Source: Zygnema circumcarinatum SAG 698-1b (taxonomy: Eukaryota > Plantae > Zygnematophyceae). From it: a stretch of DNA of 64,000 nucleotides. The notes beneath the pieces were generated by a model, which saw only the letters and a program-made list of their open reading frames with translations, searched no databases and was not told the DNA's origin. Made by a program: the position numbers and the translations under genes. The DNA lies in assembly GCA_037447605.1 (NCBI GenBank), contig CM074806.1, forward strand, positions 1,178,001-1,242,000, given 5' to 3'. Positions within the stretch are counted from its first letter, which is position 1. The number at the start of each line of letters is the position of its first letter. Shown one piece after another: positions 1 through 11,672 of the stretch.

Positions 1-3000
1 AAAGGCACACTCTTCAAGCTCATCAGAATACACTATAGCCAATTCTAACGTGACTCGCGAATAAGGGCAACTTGGTCTGCCTCCATGTAAATACTACACG
101 ACGTCAGAGACCATTTCATTCTTCTTTTTTCATTCGCCTTTCTTTCGTTTTTCATTCTTCACTTCTTTCTTTTGCAGCTCTCAATCTGCTTTTCCAAAGC
201 CCACTGCTGACGAATTTGGATCGGCTTCCCACGACAACTAACGACGACCAGCTGGTCATCAGAGAAATAGAGAACAGAAAACGATAGAGAAGGGAGAGCG
301 AAGGAGGAGAGGGGGGGTGTCTGGGAGGAGAGAAAATAGAAGGTGAATGCAGAAAACGGAGTCAAGCTTGTCCAAATCACCTTCATCAGGAGGTTCTCGA
401 AACCTATTAATAGCTGCAATGTCACTGAGGGTGACACCGTCACGGCTGAAGAGGCCACCATGGACTGTGAAAACGCGACCATTTAAGACGTGCGCAAGTG
501 GAAGGCAGCAGAACACGTCTGCAAAAAGTTCTACCATGGTTTCGTTGAATGTGTGACAAGTCAAGGCGTACCGGCGGTGGAGGTAAAGCAAAATGTCTTC
601 TTGAAAGAAGCATTAAGCAGGTAAGCAAACAAGTAAGCAAGCCATTGAATCGAAGCGCTGAAAGGATATTTGCTCTTCACTTCGCCATCGAAGCCGTATA
701 TCTTATTCATGCTTCTGCTCTCATGATTCCCTCGTGACAAATAGAGCCCTGCAGCATCCAGATCTCATTAAGAAGTGTCAAGAGAAATCCACTTACTCAC
801 CTTCAACAGACAAACCTGGAGAGATAAGCTGCGAAGAGAAAACAGCAACCTTACTGCTGGCGATTACCAAGTCTGCCTACCTGAAGGATAGAGACACTTG
901 AGTGCGAAGAGGGTGAAGATACACTCCACAGAGAATGAACCCCGATCCACAAAATCTCCATTGAACAAGTACGGGTTATCTTCTGATGGTAGGCCATTAA
1001 GCTCAAAAATGTTAAGCAGGTCATAAAATTGCCCGTGGATATCACCGCATATTGTAAAATGTGTGCCATCGGGAACAGAAATTTCCACCAGACTAGGCAT
1101 GGCTTTAAGCAGATCCCGGACCTGCAAAAGGATCTGGAAAGCATACCTGCACCACTCAAACCGATTTGCCCACATGGCAGGTCAGACAAATTTTGACCCT
1201 GGTACAGCGCATGTACTTGAATAGTGAAGGACCAATATGAAAGAACGAATGAAGCTGTCGCGGAAGGAAGGGGAAGCTACGCACCGCTTATGGATGCTTT
1301 TTTGGCTTTTAAATTCATCCATCATTTTTTTTACAAACTCGAGGGTTATTCTATCACCCTCTATCCTTGGGCCGGTGTAAGCTGCCTCCACCTCTGTACC
1401 ACCCACCCATTGCATCCATTAAAACGAAGCTGCAAAGGTTTTTTCTACAACACACAACAGAGCTTCCACTGCATACCTTCACGCTATAGATCTGAACCAT
1501 AATTTCACAGCGATAACTTTCATAGACACTTCCAGGAGTGAAGATAGAAACCGATAAACGGCAAGGTCTTATTGCCCAACGAGTAAACTGACCTATTTCT
1601 GTATAGTCAATAGCGAGCTCCGGCCCTCCTCCTAGGCCATCCACATCTGGATGAGCAATAGCATCTCTAAATTTCTGGTCTTTCACTGCCTTCTCACACT
1701 CCTTCACCCTTCTCCGAGCATCCGCATCACGCGGAGCAGCTTTGGAAGCCTGGAGGGTTAGGAGCACACCCACTCACGAGGTTAAGTACAGCACTTCGTC
1801 GGCAAGCTGCAAGTCTACAATAGAAGGGCGGGCTTGAAATCATGGTATTTGCAGTAGTAGATCACAGTTTAAAAAAAGGGGGGGTTGTGGAGGAAACACA
1901 ACCGCAGAGATCTTGTTGAACAACAACCAATCAGAATCCTTAGAATGAGGATCAATTCTCTCGCCCTAAATTCCATAGCCAACGATTAACGAGCCACACT
2001 GATATTCTTGCAGGGTTGTATGACCTAAGTTTCACCTGCTTAAAATCTGTCAACGCCTCCTTCACCTTCCCCATGGCCAGATGGGCCGTGCCACGCCTGT
2101 AGTAGCCCTGCAAGCCTCCCTTCCATCACTGACCATGGCGCACGAAATGCACATCACCATGCCAATACATAACCTGTCCTTTGGGCATAGCTCTCAGTCA
2201 ATTTCCTCTCCCACAGCCACTCTCGTCTTGGGAATGTACAATGCAATGTCTACATCGTCTTTCCTTCACATTGCCCACTAGAAGCCATAACCGCCACAGG
2301 AGTATGCTCACCAACTACCCTTTCAATTCCAAAACCTACGCCATTCTGAACAGCCCTCCTACGGTCCAATCGTTGCACATTAAGCAGGGGAAGGAAAGCT
2401 GCCATACATACCTTGATATACTGGGGATCCAACTCGATGGCTTTAGTAGCATCTGCGACTGCCATGGCATACTCTTCAAGCTTGGTGTGAGCAAAAGCTC
2501 GATTAGCCCACAATATGGCATGACTAGGATTGGTCTCTATGGCTTGGGTGTATAACTCGACAGCTCGTGCAAAATGGTGTTCTGCAGGTAGCTCCAAGGC
2601 AACAAAAGTTATGGTTCGTTAGATCACAATTCAAAAAAAACACGCAGCTTGGCCTCTTGCAACATGAAACCAAGTTAGTTTAATTTCATTGGTCAATCTG
2701 ACTGTTTCTGCCTGATATCTCGTATAGCCACGGCTTCAACGAATTATAGTGACAAGCTCAATAAAGTTCGAGGGTCTAAAAGCCCATTTCACAGTCTTTC
2801 ATTTATGATAGAGATCGCTATTCTCCTATATGATGAAAGAAGCTAAGTTAATTTATAAAGAAGTCTTCTGTATCTCGATACTTCGAAATCTATTAGAACA
2901 GTCACTTAGAAAAACATCTCTTACGAACTGAAAAATGCAAAGCTGCCAGCGAAGGGATACCACGATCTGGCGTTAGACATGAGAAGGCTGGATCAACTAA

Positions 3001-3702
3001 AATAGAAGTACGTTCCCAATGCCATTAACTTTGAACTTTAAAACGAAAACAGGCTCAGCTCCTCCGCTGAGAAGCATTAACTCGAATTCTATACTTATTG
3101 ATGCGGATACCCATCAAAAAACATGTGCCGTTTCTACAAATTTAACGAGAGTAGCTCTTCCGCTGGAGTTCATGTGCTGTAATTAACGATTAGAAATGCC
3201 CACAAAATTAAAGTCGGTCGCAAATATCTCTACATGGCACGCTTGGTATTGTTGCAACTCAGAAAGACCAACAACATTCGGTCTGAGCTTCACAACGCAT
3301 GAAAAAATTTACGAACCTTGTACACATTTCGAAACTCAAATTTAGACTAAAATAGAGCACCCTGGATTTCACGCCCCCAATTCCAAATAAAAATACTGAC
3401 AAGCACCTCTACCCTGCAGAAATGCCTCCTCCACCCATCATCTCCTCCTGGAAGACACAAAAGTGTTTACAAAAGTCCTCCACTTCTCATCCCAAACACA
3501 TTGAAAGTTACAGGGCCCTGCCTTGAAATGCCTGATTCGCTTGCTTTTTCAGCCCCTCCGCAAGCTCCACATCCTCTCTCGAGGGAGACGTCGCCATCTC
3601 TTCCGCTCCTCCATCCATAGCTCCTATCTCTACCGCAGCGTTAGCCCCTCCAGCTTCAACTTCAAGCGATGAAGCCTCCACATGCCCATTCATCGCTAGC
3701 AT
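1..3702 (-). CDS. PP5: Serine/threonine protein phosphatase 5 (TPR + PPP domain), multi-exon, 3' end runs off the window
   Basis: Exons give TPR motifs ([23 protein letters not shown]) and PPP motifs [23 protein letters not shown]. Confidence 0.93.
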
Positions 3703-4591
3703 CGCATACGCTTCATGCGCGCATAGCCGCCCTGCAGCGCCCCCTTCACCCTAAAATCTCAGCCTTTGCAAGAGCAGAGCTTGCCTGTCGCCTCCTCTCG
3801 GCTATGGCGGCTGCAGAACTGGTGCTTGCCGCTTCCATGCTCGAAATCCATTTCCTGTTCTACGGCGACATTTAAAACCGTTACGAATTCTGCAGTGCAT
3901 AGAACGCTACAACATTGAGCATGAGAGTTGTTGTGAGCCCATGTTGCGCACTAGGGACGGCGGTTCGTGTCGCTAGTTTTTTAGGGTTACCGAATTGAAA
4001 GGGGCGGGGGGGCCTGGTCGGGCGGAAGGGCCTCTGCCGTCGTTGGGCCTGTCTGGAGAAGAGCTGAGCATCCATGGAGGGTGGCGGCCTTCCGCCCTTC
4101 TGCTGGAGCCCGCTGCTGCCACTGTGCGAGGTACTCCTCGACGCTTCTGATTGTTAGGGAAATGGAAGCGAATACGAAGTGAAGTCCTGCAGCTCAATAT
4201 GGAAAGAAGTGTCAAAGTGAGAGCCGGGGATGCCGCACTTGTCGCCAAAAAGGGCGAGGATGAGCTGGAGATCGAAGGTAGGGTTGGGGTATACATTTGG
4301 AAAGGAATGTTATGAGTGAGAAACTGGTTGAAGGTGGATGATGGTGGTAAATGCAAAACTACATGTGGATGCTGGAGATTTTGAGATGGGGGTGGGTGAT
4401 GTTTCTTACAACAGGCCAGCTGGAGTGCGCCTGTCGTGCTTGTTCTATCCTTGCATGATTAGTATGCCAGGCGCTGCTTCACACGAGCCGCCTTGCTGCT
4501 GCACCCTTTTTAGGCTCTGAAAAAGCGTTCCCATTTTCCATTCTTGAATTCTGGCTGATACCAAATGCCGTACTGCCGTAAACACTTGCAG

Positions 4592-7148
4592 ACCTTCGGG
4601 CGAAGCAGCAAAAAGAAAGGGAGGCTCTGTCCTTGTTTAGAAGACCTTTGGGAACGGCAAAGTATTGCAGCTTAGCTCTGGCAGAGCAGCTGGCACGAGC
4701 AGCTTCCTTTCTCCTCAAGAGCAGAGTCTTGTTTGGACTGTTGCTTAGTATTCTGTTAACTCTGCTGGCGATCGTGGCGGCCGATGGCCCCGATCGAGTG
4801 GTAAGGATCAGGACTCCTCTGGCTGCGCTCAAGGACAGTGTCGCTCGAGAGGGTTGCACTTGCAAGTCAACGTTAGCTTCTCTATTTATGCTTTCTCACC
4901 CAGCTTGAAGGCCAGCTTTTGCCTCGCATGTATCGGAGGTATGGCTTGTTGATGTTGGAAGCCTTCTCAATCGAGTTCGTGTGGGCCTGCAGTACATGCG
5001 CACTATCTGGGCATACGTACGATTTCTAACGTGGTGGTTATGTCTCGGCATTGCGTCTTCCATCGGCCTAGGTGACCTTTCCCCATTTTTTTCCTGATAT
5101 GTGTTTTTTATTAGCAGACACGCGCTGTAACGGCTTGGGCGTTTGCTTTCCTCTTTGATGCTTTTACTCTCTTGGTGGCTTACGATTCTGGTAGGGGACA
5201 TTGAATCCACCCCTCTGATAAGCACGATTTTATTTTTCACTCACTTTTTTATTGACCTTCGCTTTCAGGGTCTGGATTGCACACTTTTGTCCTATACCTT
5301 GGGCCGCATATTGCCCGTTACACCTTGAAGGCTACAGCTTGTGGTCGTGTGGACTTTAAAGCAGCCCCCTATGATACTGCGCAATGGCTCCAGGAAGCTT
5401 CATGGAGCAGGAAGGATTGTTCAAAGTTTGGACCACCTGTGTTCCAACATATTCCCTCTGAACATGGTGGTTATTACAGTGTTCCTCTGCTTCATCTAAT
5501 GGCAGCTGTTCAGCTTGAAGCTTTCTTATGGGGACTTGGGACTGCCATTGGAGAGCTGCCACCTTATTTTGTCTCGCGAGCAGGTAACCTTCTCTAGAGG
5601 TTTTCCCTGCTTTCAAGGGACCATTCTTTGTTTATTTGTTTGTTTTGTTTGTTTGTATTTGCTATACTGGCGTCGCCAATCAAGATCACCTTCTTCAACC
5701 CATCGGATGACTTAAAAACCACAACACCGCAAATCAAAGTTCTGAATACAACAACAAGGTTTCTGACGGAGAATATGGCCATAAAGTGACAATGCTGGAG
5801 ATTTCTCGGCAAACTAGAAAGCACTGACTGGAACTCCTATCCTTGACCTACTATTTAGTATTTGGGGTTTTTGCAGCTCGGCTATCTGGGGAGAAGGTGA
5901 AGGAGTTGGAGGAATTAGAACGGGAAGCTCCTGCGGAAAGCCACCCCATTTTCCAGCGTCTCAAGCTTTGGATGTTCTCCCATGCGCAGTCATTTGGTTT
6001 CTTCACCATACTTGCATTTGCCTCGGTGGGTGCTAAGGTTTCGAGATAGATATTTGAGGGAAAGGAACCCACTGCTAAAGTTGGAAATCCCATTCCCTGT
6101 GTGGTATGTAAGGGAGGTTTTTTGTATGCTGGAACTCCTTATTTATGACTGCCTTCAATCTGTAAAAGTGAAGTAGGCACACTACCTGCTTTCTGAGTCT
6201 ATCTTTGTCTTTCCCCTCCAGGTGCCCAATCCGCTTTTTGATCTTGCGGGAATCACATGTGGCCATTTCCTGGTGCCCTTTTGGAAGTTTTTCTTAGCAA
6301 CAGCAATCGGCAAATCGCTTGTCAAGACTTCTTTGCAGGTGAGAAGATGGTGGCGTTGTGGAATAGTTTCTGCAGAGGTTGTGAAGTCAATTTGGTAATG
6401 CTAAATCATCAGTGTACTTTCAGCGGTTGTAGTAGGGGTAATTTAACAATATCATGTTGGAAGGAACTCAATTTTCTTATGAATCGCCCTGTTTACTTAC
6501 TGAACGAGTGCATTCTGTCCAAACGTGACTGAGAGGAAAATTACAGTATGCTAGAGCACGTGTAACGTCACATAAACGCTTTGCCTGTGCAGACAATATT
6601 CATAGTCACGGTATTCAATGCTCACGCGGTGGAGATATTGGAGACAGCTCTTGAACGCATGTTGGGGCAGATTCCAGTGCTGAAGGATCAATTGCCAGCT
6701 ATCTTGACTGCTTTGGATGATGTGCGCAACAGGTTTTCGGGGGGCGAACAAAAGGTGCGATCATAGTATTTTTTATGAGAAGGAATCTGCGAAATATTTT
6801 ATTTGATGATGTAACCACAATTCGATATCTTTCAAGATGTCCATTAATTTAATTGGGCTTTGGCGTGGGTCATTTGCTGCCCTGTACCCTAAGTGGAAGG
6901 TTGTACTGTCTGCTTTTTTCATAATCAGAAAGCTCATGGCTCCTACTGTTTTTGGCGTGGGGGTGCAGGGTTCGGCACTGCAGTTCAACCTTTCCCTCGT
7001 TTGGAGCACATTTGTGCTGCTTATGTTGACCATTTTTGTTGCATCCATTGTGTCTTCGACAGCTCGGGGCTATCTGATAGAACGACAGCGGACAGAGCTG
7101 AAGTCACTCCAAGACAAGTTGAGACGAAAAAAAAGTTCGAGTAACTGA
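4592..7148 (+). CDS. KMS1: Vacuole membrane protein KMS1/VMP1-like, multi-exon; 5' exons and start codon unresolved
   Basis: [47 protein letters not shown] and [10 protein letters not shown] exons with GT-AG boundaries. Confidence 0.9.
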
Positions 7149-8101
7149 TGATGCCTTTGTGAGGGGCTGTGTGCGCTCTCGGCCCCTCCGTGCTTTCTCC
7201 TTTCATTCACAATCCATTGCCATTCTTTGGTTCGTTCGAGTAGGGACAGCGGGACAGCTGCAGGGGCAGGAGCCTATTATCGTGCCAGCGAGCCCGACGA
7301 AAGGCCTTGGAGCAATTCTTTCTCAGCAATAAGGCACGGTCCGCCTGTTGGGTTGTGAAGTGTACCACACGAGACCTGCTCTATACGTGCCATCCTGTCA
7401 GATTCAGTCACTGGTGGCCTGAGAAGGATTTTGGGGAAGGGACCACTTCTGGTGGCATCAGATGCCATTTTCTGCCCTATGTTTATAGCACCAAGCGCTT
7501 ATTGTGACAGGTGGAAGTCATATGATGTATCTAGTTCGTAGGTGTACTAATTCCTTTCATAGAACCGGTACCGTTGTTGTTAAGGATAGACCAGCCACTT
7601 AACAGCGAGCGAGCTATTTTTTGGGAAGAGCTTGGACTCCTCCCGTACTGTGCCATGTATACACCCGGAACTCTTCACCTGAGAATTGCAGCAGTGATTG
7701 TTTCCGTGTGTTTGCTGTCCCGTGCTGCGGGTGCCATGTGCCTGCCGCAGTTGGACAGAGGTCCAAACCCTATCGTCGCCTTGTAAGGTGTAAGGCTGCG
7801 GTTAAGAAATGGATGAGAGTGGAAGAAACACTAGAAACATATCAGTTTAAATCAACCAACCGAATTCTGCCGCTCACTGTTCTTGATCAAACAAGAAGAC
7901 ATCTACACATTCGTCCTTTGACTGGTGTCCCTCACTTATTAATCTTAGGAAAGAAAGAAAGTCGAGAAGAAGTGACGGTGAGGAAACCTGCGGTGGTCCA
8001 AATATGAAATAAAGAGATTATGAATAAAACGTTCTGCAGCAACAGCACTGCTGGAGTGGAATCTGACATGACAGTGCAAAAGAAAGCGATACAAAACTAA
8101 T

Positions 8102-8175
8102 CGCTGATACGTGGGCTCGAACCACGGACCTTAAGGTTAACAGCCTTACGCTCTAGCCAACTGAGCTACACCAGC
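8102..8175 (-). tRNA. tRNA-Asn(GTT)
   Basis: Reverse complement folds to a full cloverleaf: GCTGGTG/TATCAGC acceptor, TAAGG-CTGTTAA-CCTTA anticodon arm, TTCGA T-loop. TATA and CAA lie upstream and TTTT downstream. Confidence 0.95.
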
Positions 8176-8459
8176 TTGCGTTAAATTGTGGCTGCAATAT
8201 TATATATACATTTATACATATTGATTGCGTTATCCTTTTCTTTGTGATTTTTCAAATATTCACCACCCATGGCCGTTGGTGCCTCTCCAGCGACGAAGGG
8301 CGGAGAGAAGTCGCTGGCTCGCCTCGTCTAGGACACGGGCAGAGAGAGGGGAAGGGAGGGGAAGGGAGAGGAAGGGAGGGGGAGGGAGGGGAAGGGAGGG
8401 GAAAAGAGGGGGAGGAGGGGGAGGGAGGGGAGCGTGGCGCTTAAGGGTGGCTGTGAGCC

Positions 8460-10133
8460 ATGATGGGCAGGACGAGCCCCATGGTGACCGGGTCGGAGTC
8501 GTCGTCAGGAAGGCTTGTGCTGGACGAGGTCCAGAACTTGAAGGAGACAGCGAACAAGTTTTTCAGTGAGGGGAAGTTTGAGCAAGCGATTATCGGTAAG
8601 CCATTCTTGCTCACTCTGCGGCTACATTGTTCCATTAGGTGAGTGAACGGAGCAGCGTTTCGTGCACTATGAATTCTGGGAGTTGAAAAGTACATCAAAA
8701 TGTCCTTGAGGAACGTGCGTCTAAAGCCGTTAAAATATTTCATGTTAACTTAGAACGTGCCTGACTGTGGTGATGTTATCCAGAGATCCGAGAGCCTCCA
8801 TCTGATACATTAAGGAACTTTCTATGCGCGATTTAAGTAGCAAAAAGAGAGGGTGAACCTGTGGCACTCAATCAAGGTCAATCTGTATTTGCGTCGTGAA
8901 AACTCTGGATTTTTTATTTACCTAGTGTAGCGCATAAGCGTCTATCTTAAGAAGAGTGCAGACGAGCATGCGAGGTTGTGGCTAGAAAAAATAATAGCAA
9001 TTTAGTCTTTCACGTTGAATGTCCATGAGGTTGTAAGCCAACGTGATGATTCTGTCGTAGATTTGAAAACCGTGGACGATTTCCTTATTCTTGTTTCAAT
9101 TGTCCTTGTTAAGTTAAGGACGTTAAGTTGTTTCTGGAATTTAACGGTTTGGCCCTTTCATTAAGACCATCTTCTTCTCCGATGTTGCACTTCGTCAACA
9201 CGTTTCCTGTCGCTCTGTAGGATCGACAAAAAGCAAATAATCAATTCGAATTTGAGCGTGTGATTTTAGCAAGCCCCTTAGATGTATCTATTTTTTACCT
9301 CCTCGCGGATTAAATTCAACCACAACCGTCTCCCTTCCCTGCTCTGACAGTTGGACTTGTAAATTTCCAATTCTGCAGGGTACAGTTTTGCAATTCAGCA
9401 GATCCAACAGGCTATAGTTCCTGCAAACCAACGAGAAGCAACTGTTAGTCCACAAAGAATTGCGTACCTTTTAAAGGCTGGTGGATCGAAGCTGGCGGAA
9501 GCTGCACTCCTTGCAGCCGTTTTGTTCAGCAACCGAGCACAAACGTATCTCAATCTGAAGAAGAACGCCAAGGTGAGTGCAGCTTTCCAGCATGTTGTGT
9601 TTCGAGTCACAGAACGATTACATAGCGCAACTTGAACTTTGAAGGACCGTACACACATATTGCTTCCTTGTTTTGATGTGTAGACAATGGTGTAGCACAC
9701 TCGTCACTTTGAAGAAAGTTTTGCTTATTTTCCAGTAAAAACTATTTCACGAGCATCTTCCTGGCTCATCTCAACTATGCTGCCAAAATTCGCTCTCTTA
9801 GATACGCAGTTATCCCTCCAAACGCTTCTGACTCTGACCTGTTTCGAATGCTCCTTGATGTGATTGAACTTGGAAGACCATGGGCTGGAAGCTGAGCTGA
9901 CTTCATTCCGTTAGTTATTGCAGGCTTTGGCAGACGCTGCAGCAGCTGCTGAGCTGGATCCAACGATGTTTAAGGCATGGTACCGGAAAGGTGTGGCTTG
10001 TTCCAACCTGGGAAAGCCTTACGATGCCATGGTTGCTCTGAGGGCGGCAGTGAAGCTGGACCCTTCCAGCCATGAAGCAAACTCCCTCTTGGCGGAGGTA
10101 CAATACAAAATGGGCAACCGAGACTCTATATAA
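8460..10133 (+). CDS. Small TPR-only protein (~180 aa), exons 8460-8595, 9379-9572, 9924-10133
   Basis: In-phase splicing gives LKETANKFF..SNRAQTYL..KAWYRKG, a co-chaperone-type TPR with carboxylate-clamp-like residues. Confidence 0.8.
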
Positions 10134-10883
10134 GCATGTGCAATAATATATTTTCTGCTGATTGATATCAATCACGATGTACAGAAAAAGGCGAAGAAGA
10201 CAGTGAGTGCAGTGCCTTAAGCTTTGTACCCGCAGCTCTTGGGAGGTGTCTGTGGCTGATAGACAGGTTGCTCACATCTTGGTGACTTATCCAAAGGTTC
10301 TGTTTCTTTCTGCTGGAACTAAACTTTAAAGGAGTAGACAGTGTCGCTTGTAGGGAATTCAGAGTAATATATATGAAGGATATAGTTAAACAGTTCAGTA
10401 AATATGAAATTACAGGAGTGACCATGGATTTCGGTTTGACATCTAATAAAATGGTCTGTGTTGGCATATTAAGTTGCAGTCGTTCGAAGTCACTGGAGCA
10501 GTTTCTCGATAAATTTTTCTCTACGGAGTAATCTGTAGCATATACATTATCATATTGCTCGCAACCACGTCAGTGGTGGGCCCATTAAAGCGCAAGCTCT
10601 GGTCAGACAATGATCCTAACGGCTGCCCTGGCAGAAGTGTCATGGGACTGTCTTGAGCTCCAGATAGGATCTTGACAAAACATGGGGAGATTTAGTGGGT
10701 TCTTAGGGTTGACGAGGCACTTCACCCGTACATCAACAATTGCCGAACTGTGGAGCTTCAAAAGCTAACTGATGCAGGGAGTGAAAAACAAAGTTAACTT
10801 CACAATAGCAAATCCAATTTTACATTTCGATAAGCACGCAAGCCAAAGCAATACAGGCTGAAGCAAATACAGCAAGTTCACGG
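8748..10883 (+). repeat. Copy 1 of a ~2 kb diverged direct repeat
   Basis: Colinear with 21976-23742 from ACTTAGAACGTGCC to ..GCTGAAGCAAATA, with many substitutions and indels. Confidence 0.92.
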
Positions 10884-11672
10884 TTCTCAGTGCAAGGAGT
10901 TGATTTGAAAACCGGTACATTGATTAGAGGAGAAAGGTCAATGCTGACGGCCGATAACAAGGATTAGCAAGGAAGAGAAATGAATCCATGCCAGAAATTC
11001 GCTAAAGCAAAGGCAGTCTAGCTAACCTGTAAGGCTCAAGCATCACATGCGTTGCGTAAATCTCCCATAACATCTCAGGCATAGATGCCTCATTGATCTT
11101 AGCTAAGTTGCCAAGAGCCCTTCACTTGCTGCTTTCTAGCCAGCCTGTTTCTGATCGAGCACTAATAACAAGCTTTAGTGACCTTGTAATGAACACAAAA
11201 TTATCTGCATTGCTTTCTAAACAGGTAGCCGTCCATCTCGACCTTGCTCATTCGCGTCTACTGTACGATACAACAACGCCTTAGCATTTAGCCTCCCCTG
11301 TTCCTTACAAGGTGGAAGAGCTGCGACTTGCATCCACCTCACTCAGCAGATGCGAGTGGAGTCGAAGGCTGCATGATGCTATTATCCCCCCAGTCCAGCC
11401 CCTCTAAATATCGCCTCTACTCTTTTCTTTAAAAATCCGAGCATAGTGGTGGTAATGAAAAAAGCTACCAGTGAGAATGACAAGCCCCTCAATGGGACCC
11501 TACTGCTGCGACATGGTATGTATGGCGCTTATGGAACCCTAACCCTAACCCTTCAACCTCATCTTCCTCATCCTCATCCTCTTCTTCCTCATCCGCTTCT
11601 TCATTCCTCATCCTTCTATTCCTTCTTCCTTTCCATCATCCTCTTCTACCACTCCCTTTGGTATTGCATTCG

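Noticed and set aside
11534-11552. CCCTAA telomere-like repeats (also near 44522)
   Set aside because: Only 2-3 units, too short to call an interstitial telomere.
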